This document shows, one piece after another, positions 41,311 to 52,263 of a DNA stretch of 64,000 nucleotides (positions within the stretch are counted from its first letter, which is position 1; every line of letters starts with the position of its first letter). Origin of the DNA: a virus (taxonomy: Duplodnaviria; Caudoviricetes); the IMG/VR virus record IMGVR_UViG_645948442_000001, positions 64,001-128,000 of that record; one strand, 5' to 3'. A model generated the notes under the pieces. It made no database searches and had not been told where the DNA came from. It saw only the letters and a program-made list of their open reading frames with translations. Position numbers and translations under genes: made by a program.

Positions 41311-42306
41311 CGTCGCCCGGCAGCGCGCCGAGGAGCGGGCCAAGGTCAAGCGGGAGGCAGCCCACAAGCTGTACCTGCACGACCTCGCCAGGCGTGAACC
41401 ATGGGCTGTCCTCAACAGGAAGATTCTCAATGACATCGAACGGTCGATGGACAATGGTGGCTTCCGCGTCTACATCAGGCCTGACAGGGAATACTTCAAC
41501 GGCCAACCGGACCGGCACGCCCTGTTCGAGTGCAACCGATACCTGCTGACTATGGGGTTTGATACTGACATCAACTTCAACTACGGCAGCCCCATTGAAA
41601 ACAAACTTGTTGTGAAATGGACTTGATATGACCTACATCATGCTGATAGTGTTCACCCTTGTGAATGGTGATGCTATTCACACCCAACAGGTCCAGTTCA
41701 CCAGCGCCAACGTGGCTGCTGAGGGGTTGGCCCACTGTCGAGCGAAGGCAGCCATCAGGCGACCGACCTACAACATGGAGTGTCAACCGCTCTGGACCAA
41801 CTGAACGCAAAGCCCCTTCCCCGTGAAGGGGCTTTTGCTTTTGGTCGGAGTCAAGCTATAATTCGCCTACCTCAAACAACACTGGAGCATTGACATGATC
41901 ACCAACTTCTACATGAACAACGAAGACTACGTCATCATGGACAACCATGATGACGGCGGCTCCATCCTGGTCGCGCCCTTTCACGACCAAGCCAACGTGC
42001 TGATGACGGTCACCCAAGACCTCGCTGTGTTGGACAAGAGCGGCAAGCAGATCGGTCAGATGCAATCCTTCAACGGCGTGATCCGTCTGATCCAGTTCGA
42101 CTACACAGAGTTCGTGGCTCCTGTGGCCGAGACCCCCTTCGTGCGGTACAACGAAGCCCTGGACGAGATCGTCAAGGAAACCTTCCGCTGGTATGCCCTT
42201 CATGACTGTCTCTGACCCCTGGTGTGGCCGGGTGTATTCCGTTAGAAACCCACCTGGCCCTTACAACCTTCCCTCAACGCAACATCCCCGATAGGATCAC
42301 ACGAGA

Positions 42307-42702
42307 ATGTCCGACAAAGAAGAGAGCAAGGGCCTGAAGCTGCTCAGGCAATTCTGCCATGACTACAGGCACTGGGTGGAGGAGGGTGCAAACCCGCATT
42401 CAACCTTCAAACGCCACAGCGGTCTGTGCCACATGTTCTCCCAGTGGGTTGATCAATGTCATGGCGGGGTGGGTTACTATGAGGGTATGGCTGAGATGAG
42501 CAGCCTGTTCAGCCAATACCCCAACTCCGGCTACCCATTCGGCGGCAATGTGGCTTTCTACGACGAGGGCGCTAACAACACCAAACACAAGAACCCGCTG
42601 CGGCTGGCGTTTGTCAATCACCTGGCCGATGGGGAGACCGGCGCACCCAACAAGGGGCTGGCCTACCAATTCCATCGGTTCAAGTACTGGCTCAAGTACT
42701 GA
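42307..42702 (+). CDS. YPFGG-family hypothetical protein
   Basis: YRHWVEEGA..H..F....GLC...YPFGG...NPLRLAF. Confidence 0.75.
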   Translation: MSDKEESKGLKLLRQFCHDYRHWVEEGANPHSTFKRHSGLCHMFSQWVDQCHGGVGYYEGMAEMSSLFSQYPNSGYPFGGNVAFYDEGANNTKHKNPLRLAFVNHLADGETGAPNKGLAYQFHRFKYWLKY

Positions 42703-43356
42703 TCATCAAAGCCCCTTCAACCGAAGGGGCTTTTGTTCGTCTGGGTCTCAAATCAAGTATAATTCCCCTTGAGCAATCTCGCTCTATTGTGAAACTTCAA
42801 CCTACACATGACTCTCGCAACCTACATCATCCTGATCGTGAACGCCATCGTTGGTGCCATTGGTGGAACCATCATATACAAGATCATGCTCCTGGGTGAT
42901 GAACCTGTAAGCAAGCACGTGAAAGTCATCCTGTGGATAGTGCTGTTTGTCTGTATCACCCTGATGGGCGTCGGCTTCAGCGCTGACCTGATTCAAAATA
43001 CACTGGAGCATTGATGTAACCTGACCAAAGCCCCTTCGCCCGAAGGGGCTTCTCTCATCCACTATAATCACTGCTATGAAAAAGAACCCAACCACAACCC
43101 ATGACGTCGTCAGCGATGCTGAACTGGTCGAGGCCTTCAAGGGCACCAACTTCGGCACTGATGATGTCGTCTTCTTCCGCGAGATGCTCCAGGCGTCTGT
43201 GCTCCAGCAGGCTTGCGGATGCTCCTGTGGCCACACTATCACCGGTGTCATGGTGGAGCTCAAGCTGATCGGACCCAATTTCCACATGCCCACCAAGAAG
43301 GGCCAGCGCCTGATGCGCCTGGCTTTCCATAAACAACTCAAGAAGGCAGGCTGACC

Positions 43357-43749
43357 ATGCGCTTCCGTTCCCGCCATATGTCTCAAACCCAGAAGAGCCT
43401 TCTGGGTGGCTTCGCCAAAGCCTATGACGATTGGGTCAAGGCTGGTGCGCCCAACCACAAACCATTCAACCGCAGCAATGGCCTCTGCCGCAATCTGCTG
43501 CATTGGGTCGAGTGGAAGGGGCTGGAGCGAGAGAACCTGAGCGCGGCCATGTCTCGCTCCTGGGGCATCTTCACTAGCTACCCGTTCGGTGGATCCACAG
43601 CCTACCAGATCGAGGAGATGAGTGGGCTGCTACATCACAACACTCAACGCATGCAGTGGATCGATTGGGCCAAGGCCGGGTGCAAGCATCAACGTGCCTG
43701 GTGGGAGCGAGACAAAGATGATGTCGAATGGTGGATGAGGTACGCATGA
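43357..43749 (+). CDS. YPFGG-family hypothetical protein
   Basis: YDDWVKAGAPNH.PF...GLC...YPFGG...NTQRMQW. Confidence 0.75.
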   Translation: MRFRSRHMSQTQKSLLGGFAKAYDDWVKAGAPNHKPFNRSNGLCRNLLHWVEWKGLERENLSAAMSRSWGIFTSYPFGGSTAYQIEEMSGLLHHNTQRMQWIDWAKAGCKHQRAWWERDKDDVEWWMRYA

Positions 43750-44771
43750 TCCCAACCCAAACTCTCAACACAACTCGTCAAGAAAGTGGTCAAGCCATGA
43801 ATAAGCAATACAGTGAACGGCTGTCCAGCCAAGGCCCGGTTGGTGAAGTCACCAACCACATCGAGGTTGTCACGGCCTGGGCTGCTGTCATGGAAGCCAC
43901 TGGCGCCCATTCCATCACTGCCAAGTCAACCGATTCTATGCGGTTGCTGTTGAGCGAGAAGGGGTACAAATCCCACTCGACCTTCCTGAGCGAGATTCTG
44001 GCAGGCACGGCGGCACAGCGTCGGGGGCTTCGCATCATCCCTGAGAAGGTGTTCCGCAACAATGGCCACCTCATGATATCGTACCAGTCTGTCCCGATCC
44101 ATGCGGCGGAGGATATGGGCATCTACGGCAGCCAGTTGACTTACAAGCACATCAACGGCCCCACCGGGTTGCTGCCTGCCAAAGAATACAGTCAGGTGTT
44201 CGAGGACTTTGCCTGGTTCAACGGCTTCACCATGGGCACTCCAGACCCTGGCCGCACGAGGCCTGTGCAGCGGGTTTACATCGACTCGTTGGGCGCATTG
44301 GAGTACCCCGCCGCATGTTCAGTCGGCCCTGATGTTGTCCTGCATCCCATCTCCGCCGAGAGGGTGTCGGGCGGTCTGGAATTGCTCTTCTCTCTGTCCA
44401 ACAAGCCCAGGGTGGACCTGAGCAAGTTCACCCTGGCAAGCGACAAGATGCCGGAGAAGGATGGAGCCTACTGGGTTCTGGGTCGCGATCACAACAAGAA
44501 GAACTTCTTGGTGTGCACTGGCTGGGATTCTGAGTGCAAGCGCTGGACCATCAACGACGGGACGCGCGCCAACCGTGAAATCCTGATGTGGTTGCCACTG
44601 GAGGAGCCTGTGACCCTCAGCGAGCTGGTCATCCACTACGAGAAGGCCAAGGGTCTCAGCGACCAGCGCAAGAAGCTCAACACACTGGAGCGCGACCGGA
44701 AGCAGATCGAGCACCAGCTGGCCGAGAACACACGCATGATCGAAGAGGTCAAGCAGAGCCTGGGGTTGTGA
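43746..44771 (+). CDS. PxxxGxY domain + coiled-coil paralog
   Basis: QGPVGEV N-terminus, MPEKDGAYWVL, coiled-coil tail. Confidence 0.7.
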   Translation: MIPTQTLNTTRQESGQAMNKQYSERLSSQGPVGEVTNHIEVVTAWAAVMEATGAHSITAKSTDSMRLLLSEKGYKSHSTFLSEILAGTAAQRRGLRIIPEKVFRNNGHLMISYQSVPIHAAEDMGIYGSQLTYKHINGPTGLLPAKEYSQVFEDFAWFNGFTMGTPDPGRTRPVQRVYIDSLGALEYPAACSVGPDVVLHPISAERVSGGLELLFSLSNKPRVDLSKFTLASDKMPEKDGAYWVLGRDHNKKNFLVCTGWDSECKRWTINDGTRANREILMWLPLEEPVTLSELVIHYEKAKGLSDQRKKLNTLERDRKQIEHQLAENTRMIEEVKQSLGL

Positions 44772-44773
44772 AC

Positions 44774-45193
44774 ATGGACAACAACCCTCACATGGATGCT
44801 CTGATCCAGCAGTTCGCCCAGGAGTACCGTCACTGGGTGGTCGCTGGTTGCCCTGATCACCCTTGCTTCAAGAAGGAGGATGGTCTGTGCTATGCGGTGT
44901 CTGCATGGTACAACCGCAAGAGCCCAGACAACCCATGGGGTGACCTCAAGCTGTCCTTCTACATGCAAGACCATCTGTTCGCCAAGGGGGAGAAGCTGGT
45001 CAAATACCCCTTTGGCGGAGTGGAATTGTACATCCATGAGTACAAGAAGCAGCGGATGCCGTATAATCCTCTGCGTATGGCTTGGATCGAAGCCAAGGCT
45101 GATGGCGTCCTAGGCGTGCCGCCAATCAGCTGGTCCACCCGTTGGAAACATCTGATCTACATCATCAAGAACAGACTAGCAATAGGATTCTGA
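44774..45193 (+). CDS. YPFGG-family hypothetical protein
   Basis: YRHWVVAGCPDH.CF...GLC...YPFGG...NPLRMAW. Confidence 0.75.
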   Translation: MDNNPHMDALIQQFAQEYRHWVVAGCPDHPCFKKEDGLCYAVSAWYNRKSPDNPWGDLKLSFYMQDHLFAKGEKLVKYPFGGVELYIHEYKKQRMPYNPLRMAWIEAKADGVLGVPPISWSTRWKHLIYIIKNRLAIGF

Positions 45194-45194
45194 T

Positions 45195-46896
45195 ATGACC
45201 AATCAAATCATCAAGAACGAAGGCCCTGTTGGCCACGTGGCCGTGAACTCCCTCGAATGGGAACTGGCCTGGAAGCATTTGAAGCAGGTGACAGGGGCTG
45301 GTGTGATAGGGGACCGCCATGACCCCAGACACCACCCACTCAATACCAACCGGCAAACGTTGACCCTGGATCGCATCAACGAGCACAAGTTCAACAAGGA
45401 GACTGTGCTGGTACCAGTCTCATTGGAGCGAGTGAGGTTGGTTCCTTCGACCATCCTGCTGCGTTTCGACTTCGTCGTCATCAACCTGTCTGAACTCAGC
45501 ACAACCGTCCGCACCAGCGACTACCCTGACACCAGCACTTGGGCAGGGATGAAAAACACCCCAGACTACGAGGCCAGGGTTTGGAAGGACTTGATTTGGG
45601 CCACACCCAATCACGGGTTGACTCTGAGCTCCAAGGTGGGCCAGGGTGCCATTTTAGTGGACAAGGTGCCCATGCAGACAGTGTCTCTGCACATCAGGAA
45701 GCCCGAGGAGATGGTCGATGCTCTGAAGTGTGTGCCATATGGTGCCACCATCCATCCGATCATCAGGACGGTGAACACTGCTTCCCTGGGCAGCGACAGC
45801 CTGTATCTGCACTTCGGTTGGACACCCGCAGCCGTGGCCGACACCAGCGACGGGTTCAAGCTGTTCCCCCACAACAAGCCAGGCCGTGGTGGGGTGTACT
45901 GGTGTCTGATGTCCAACAACAAGATTCGCCAGCTGCACTGGAATGACGTTGACCGGAAGTGGGTCAACACCATGGGCTACAACATCAGCGAGATGGTGTG
46001 CATGTTCAAGGAAGCCGTCTGCCCTTACAGCGTCGAGCAGCTGGTTGCCTCCTACGAGGCCCAGATCAAGGAAGCCGACAAGGAGGCCAGGAAGGCGAAG
46101 CTGGTTGAGAAGCTGGGGGTGTTGCGCATCCAGCAGGAGGCCCTGGAAAAGCAACTGAAGCAACTGGGATGACATCATGAGCTATCAATCTGACATACAA
46201 AACCTGATCGGCCGCTACACCCCATCTTCCTCTGAAGCCTGGGGCCGCATCTGGTTGCCCGTCGCTCGGAGGATGGACCTGGGGTTGGTTGCCTCGGAGA
46301 AGCACTTCAACGAGCACAACCCTCCTGCCATCGGGTCTGAGATCAAGTTCGAGGGCGAGACCTACAGGGTCAAGCAGTTGACTCTCACCAACGATGCGGA
46401 CATCCAAAGGCTGGCTGCCCACAGCTCGGGAAAGCTGATCGCCCTGCACTGCTACGTGAAGGATGAGCACAACCGACGCCATGCAGTCCTTCACTACGCC
46501 ATCCAGTCTGACCTCAAGGGGTTCAAGCTGTTTGACATCGGTGACCAGAGTTGCATGCCTGAGATGCCAGGCGCCTACGCCTGCTTCACCCGCGATCTCA
46601 ACGTACAGCTGTTGGTCTGGACGACAGACCCCATGCCCACCAGCGGTGGTTGGGATTGGGAGTGGAGGCGGCCAGGCATCAGCAATGACCGTATCCCAGC
46701 CGAGAACGTGCTGCTGTTCCACCCCAACCGTATCCTTGTCCCCAAGTCGATCGCGCTGAAGAGGGGCTACGACGACCTGCTCAACCACCGCACCAAGGCC
46801 AAGCACCTGGAGCAGCTGAATGCTGAGATGGCCGAGCTTGACCGTCAGAGGCAAGAACTGCAGGCCCGCATCCACGCCGCCAAGCAATCGAGCTGA
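45195..46896 (+). other. Two PxxxGxYxC + coiled-coil paralogs (45195-46172, 46177-46896)
   Basis: EGPVGHVAVNSLEW matches AGPSGQIAIGSLEW of 40342. KPGRGGVYWCL and MPEMPGAYACF motifs. Confidence 0.7.
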
Positions 46897-47250
46897 CGCA
46901 AGACCATTCTCAGAACGTTGATGAATTCTACGGTATAATTACTTCGTTGATGTTCATTTGGAGAATGGTATGATAACGATGGCAGCCTTGTCGATCAATA
47001 ACACAATCGTGCTCAAGAAGGTGTTCGCAAAGCGACCTGATGACACCCAGCTGGAGACCTGGCTGGAGGACAACTGGTCTGTCACCAGGCCTCACTGGAA
47101 GGACATCCGCGATCTGATCGAGCAACTGGTGTCCAAGAGCAAGAACGTGTCCGTGAAGCAAGGCGTGGTCACTCTGATGCTCGTCTGAACAAAGCCCCTC
47201 CAACCCGGAGGGGCTTTTGCTTTCTCGCGTCTCAAGCTATAATAGAGCCT

Positions 47251-49835
47251 ATGACCAAAACATTCAACCCATTCCGTGAGGCTCTGGCCTACCTGAACAC
47301 CCCACACGATATGGACCGTGGCGGTATCAACCTCAAGGTCCGCAATTCCTTTGTGTGCTTCGCCATCGAGCGGGCTGGGGCCAATCTGAGCGATGAGAAT
47401 CGGCATCTGTGTAAGATGGCCACGGCATACATCGATTCGATGATCATAACTGTCAAGTCCGATGACAGCCCCACTATCATCAAGTGGCTGCGGGTCAACA
47501 GCCCTGAATTCCGAGCATCTGAAGCCGGGACTAAAGACCATGCACTCAAGTACGATCTGCTGCAAGCGTACCGCTGGCGCTGGCTCACCCACATGGCTGA
47601 TCAGTACGACCAAGGTCTCATCAATCTCTGAGGACAAACGAATGACAAACAAATTCAACCCATTCCGAGAGGCGCTGGCCTACCTCAAGACCGCCCCAGG
47701 CTTCTATCGAGGCGAATACCCTCAACACCCAGATGCCAGGGAGGATGAGTTGCTGGCCATGCAACAGGTGGTCAGTCGCGGCCAAGACATCGATGACCGC
47801 AGCATTGCTAGGAAGGCGATCATGCTCTTGAGGGACACCATGGCTCCCCACTCCAACTTCGAAGACTGGCTCAAGGCGCACATACCAGGAGTGAACACCG
47901 AGGACAAGGATGACGTACAGGTGCGACGCTTCGTCCTGCTGATCGAATTGGCCAATGACTACGACAACGGAACCATCCAATTCACTTCCAGGGTCTGAAC
48001 AATGATCATCACCGTCATTCTGCTGCTTGGCTGCGGCTCCTGGTTCGCCTTCAACGGCGTGTCTCTGCTTTTCAACCACAGCGGCGACGCATCTACCATC
48101 CGTGGATTCTTCTACATGTTCCTGGGCATCATCATGCTGATTGCTGGAGGCATCCAAGCAAAGCAATCCTACATCAACATGTGCGGAGGCTGGGCATGAA
48201 CGACAAATTCAACCCATTCCGAGAGGCGCTGACGTACCTCTACACCCTGCCCGGGCATGACCGTGGTGGTGTCCCGAGACACAAGGGGCCCAGAATGTTC
48301 ATCTGTCAGTGCCTGGAGAGAGTAGAGGACAACCAGCGGTCCATCGTGTCTCCTGAGTTCCACCTCAAAGCTCAACAGTCCAAGGCTGCGGTGCGTCATG
48401 TCCAGAGGATGCTTGGTCGGAGTTGCCTTGTGGTCGAGAACTGGCTGAGCATCAACGTGCCTGGCTTCAAGGCTCAGCGGAGGAAGGACGGCAAGGCCAT
48501 GGCCTACGATGTTCAAGCATACCGCTGGCGCTGGCTCAATCACATGGCTGATCAGTACGACAAAGGGGAGATCGAACTGTGACCAGGTTCTACGACCCAT
48601 CCCGTGATCATGATCTGTTCGGTCTGGCCATCACCCATCTGACGAAGGCTGAGAAGTTCAATCACCTGAACCGCGCCTACGACTCACAGACCTTCACCAA
48701 CATCTTCGCCGCCATCAGTTTTGCCGCATGCAGAGCTAATCTCCCCGATGCATTCGTGTTGACCGAACGCTTCCATAGAGCCATGCTCCGGGAGATGAAC
48801 CAGGGGCGTACAGTCCCAATGCTCAAACCCTTCAGGAAGGCCCGCTTTCACTGGTCTATAGAGACATGGCTACGTGAGCACAGCAGGGATGCCCGAGGGC
48901 TCTATCACATGTATGGCCTGTCTGACTTCAGTCGTCACCCCAAGGTGTTGGAATACAAGCTGGCCTGGCTCATCCATCTGTCTGAGAAATATCGCAAAGG
49001 AGACCTGCGTGTCTAAACCATTCAACCCATTCAGGGCCGCACTGCCCTTCCTGAATGTGCCCACTGAACTGGAAATCCCAGACAACCTTGTGGACGAGTC
49101 GAGGAAGAGCATCTACGTGTGTCATGCAGTGGTCGCAGTCCATCGTTCTGGGGTCAACGCGAAGGAACGCAGAGCATGCATGTTCGCTGGCGAGTACATC
49201 AGATCGCTTCTGGGCAAGCACTACACCGTGCGTCAATGGTTGCTTGAGCATTGCCCTGAGTTCAAGGCCATGGGCGAAGATCAATGGCAGATACGCATTG
49301 ATCTGGTCCAGGCATACCGGCATCGCTGGTTGACTCACATGGCCGACCAGTTCGACGAAGGTCTCATCATCCTCAAGGATTAACCGACATGAACAAGATA
49401 TTCAACCCATTCCGTGAAGCCCTCAAGCACCTGAGGACATCCAACGACCTCGACCGAGGTTTCCATCCCTTGCACAAGGACAACGAGAACTTCGTTTGCT
49501 GGGCTCTGGACTGCGTCAAGGACAATCAGAAGTCCATAGAACAGGGGAGGCACAACTCAGCATTGTGTGATGCTGCCCAGTACCACATCAGGGATTTGTT
49601 GGTTGGGCAAGCGACGGTCATCAATTGGCTTCAACGCTACAGCCCAGAATACAGGAGCATACGCAATGAGTACGACAGGGGCCGCATGCTGCACAGGCTT
49701 CTCCAAGACCTCCAACAAGCCTACCGCTGGCGCTGGACATTGTCTATGGCTGCTGAATACGATGCTGGTAAGAACAACTTCATCAAGCAGTACATGATCG
49801 ACCTGGGACGCAAGAACATGGGGGTTGAGGACTGA
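47251..49835 (+). repeat. Tandem array of FNPFREAL...QAYRWRW paralogous genes (47251-47631, 47642-47998, 48196-48582, 48579-49016 divergent, 49009-49383, 49389-49835)
   Basis: Repeated TTCAACCCATTC at five gene starts and CAAGCNTACCGCTGGCGCTGG-like ends in four genes. Confidence 0.85.
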
Positions 49836-50100
49836 TGGATGACCTCATCTCCTACATGTTCTGGGACCGTGGCAACGTATACAATCCATTGGATCATCAG
49901 GCCCATGTGACTGCTCGTTGGACGCACCATTGGAACATACACAGGCGCTGGGAGTCAGAGAACAGACCCATGGAGCCGGTTGAGTACCGACCTCCAGCCA
50001 CCCAGAAGCAAATCCGAGAGGCCCGCGATTGGGCCATTGAAGATAGGATGATTGAATCCTACTGACACAAGCCCCTGCTAACCGTAGGGGCTTTTGCTTT

Positions 50101-51801
50101 CTCAACTATCAGGTTATAATTGATCTCATCGCAACCAACACTTGAAAGCCGATCATGAACAACGAGTACAAGCAAGGCTGGAACCTCCGAGTGAGCAGCG
50201 CATATGCCACCAACAAGCAAGTGCGCCCCTTCACTGGTGCAGGTTCCAAGGCCAAGAACGATGCTCATGAGGACGGCTTCCGCGCATGCAACAGCGCCTT
50301 CATGAAGGCTGTCGCCACAGCAATCGAAGCAGGCGTGAACCCCACCTACCCCCAACCCATCTGAGGACACCGTCATGACCAAGTACACCGTTGTCGAGAT
50401 CAACACCAACGACACCACCCAACGTCGGGTTGCCGTGCTGGAAGGCACCCTGCAAGAAGTCATGGAGCGCGCAGCCAGCCGTTCTCACTGGGTCATGGGC
50501 GACCTGAAGCTGTTCGCCCCAGGTGACGTCCTCGTGGCCCACAAGCAGTGGCGTGACCAGCAATGGACGTTCATCTTCAATGTCCATGAGCGCCTGGGTG
50601 ACGAGCAACAGCATGAGAGCCAGATCGAGTGCTCCAGCCTGACCGAAGCGAAGGAGATGGTCCAGGGTGATCACAAGTGGCTGTTTGGCGATCTGATGAT
50701 CAAGGATGCAACAGGCAAGACCCTCAGCAGCATGAAGTGGACCGACAACGAATGGAGCGACGCAGCATGAACACAGGCGTCTGGATGCCCAAGCGCATGG
50801 ATCTGTGGGAGGCAATCGAGGCGGACGCCTTCGTGGCCCAGAGACTGAAACCCAAGCCATACAAGGATTGGGTGGAGTTGGATACTGATCAGCTGTCCAT
50901 CTGGTCGTGCAAACCCAACCTGGTGATCATGCTTGTCATGTCTGGTGGCGACCAGGTTGAAGGGCACAAACAAGTCAGACAGTCGATGGCCAACATGGTC
51001 GCCGAGGCATACCCTGAACTGGCCACCAAACACAACCTGGTCATCGACCGCAAACATGAATACTGGAGAACCAAGTGAGCAAAGCCCCTTCTTAATGGAG
51101 GGGCTTTTATTTGCTCAAGTTTTCAGGTTATAATTGATCTCATCGCAACCAACATCTGAAAGCCGATCATGAACATCGAACAAATCAACGCAGAATACCG
51201 GGCCAAGGGCTACAGCAGCACGGCCATCACCGTCGTAGCAGTCGATGAGGAACGCATGGAAATCCGCAAGGACGAGACCGCCACCATGCTGGCAAGCCTG
51301 TACATCCTGACACCCGATGGTCTGATCCGTGGCAAGCACGACAACCGCAAGCTGGGCAAGAACGCCATGTCCCTGCGTCAATCGGTGTACAACGCCGCCC
51401 GTATCGCTGGTTTCAAGTTCAAGGCCAACTACGACAACAAGTGAGCACATCATGACCAACATCTACCTCGCATCCGCAATGACTGGTGCCCACATCCAAG
51501 GGGCCTACTCCACAGAGCAAGAGGCAAGGCAGGCCCTCCAGGCTCTCGCTTTCGAGATGGCCGCTGGACAGATCACCTGGGCCAAGACCATCTACGGCTG
51601 GGAGGGCACAGCCCGAGACGAACACCACATGCATGCTATCAGCATCACTGAGTTGGAGTTGGGTGCTCCCCTCGAAGTGGTCTGATGGGTCTTCCCCAGC
51701 GATCGTGAACAAGCCCCTACAAACCGTAGGGGCTTTTATTTTGCTCAAGTTTTCAGGTTATAATTGATCTCATCGCAACCAACACTTGAAAGCCTGAAAT
51801 G
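50101..51801 (+). repeat. Three near-identical promoter-leader-start units (~50110, ~51124, ~51754)
   Basis: CAGGTTATAATTGATCTCATCGCAACCAACA(C/T)..GAAAGCC...ATGAAC in front of the unrelated genes 50155, 51169 and 51799. Confidence 0.9.
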
Positions 51802-52131
51802 AACGCCTACAACCAAATCCAAGCCCTGATCGCAAACAAGTACAACAGCAAGATCGAAGAAGTCAAGACAGGCGAAGCCCACCTCATCATGGAAGGCGTC
51901 GGCATCCACGTCAGCAAGTCTGGCTCCATGGTTCAGGTCGCCATGATCTACGAGAAGCGCCCAGGCGCCTGGTTCCAGCTGGGCGACCACATCATCCTGT
52001 GCGAGAAGGTGAAGGGCATGCTTGGCCTCCAGATGTCCGGCGCCCGCAGCGACATCGACGGCATGGACGGCGTGCTGGCCTACACCCAGGACTTCATCGC
52101 CAAGGTCTGACCTCAGCCCAACAGGCAAAAC

Positions 52132-52167
52132 AAAGCCCCTCAACCTGGTAAGGTGAGGGGCTTTTTC
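52132..52167. terminator. Bidirectional terminator at the convergence of + and - gene blocks
   Basis: AAAGCCCCTCA...TGAGGGGCTTTTT with an A-run on the left, a T-run on the right and no following TATAAT. Confidence 0.75.
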
Positions 52168-52263
52168 ATGGGTCGAGACCGAGGGTGTGGCGGTTGGCTT
52201 ATGGCCTGAAATCAGCCTGTCTTCTCCAACCTCCCCAATATGCCGGCAGCCAAGATTGGATCA

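Noticed and set aside
47251-49835. Diversity-generating retroelement explaining the variable paralogs
   Set aside because: There is no reverse transcriptase in the window and no template/variable repeat pair differing only at adenines.
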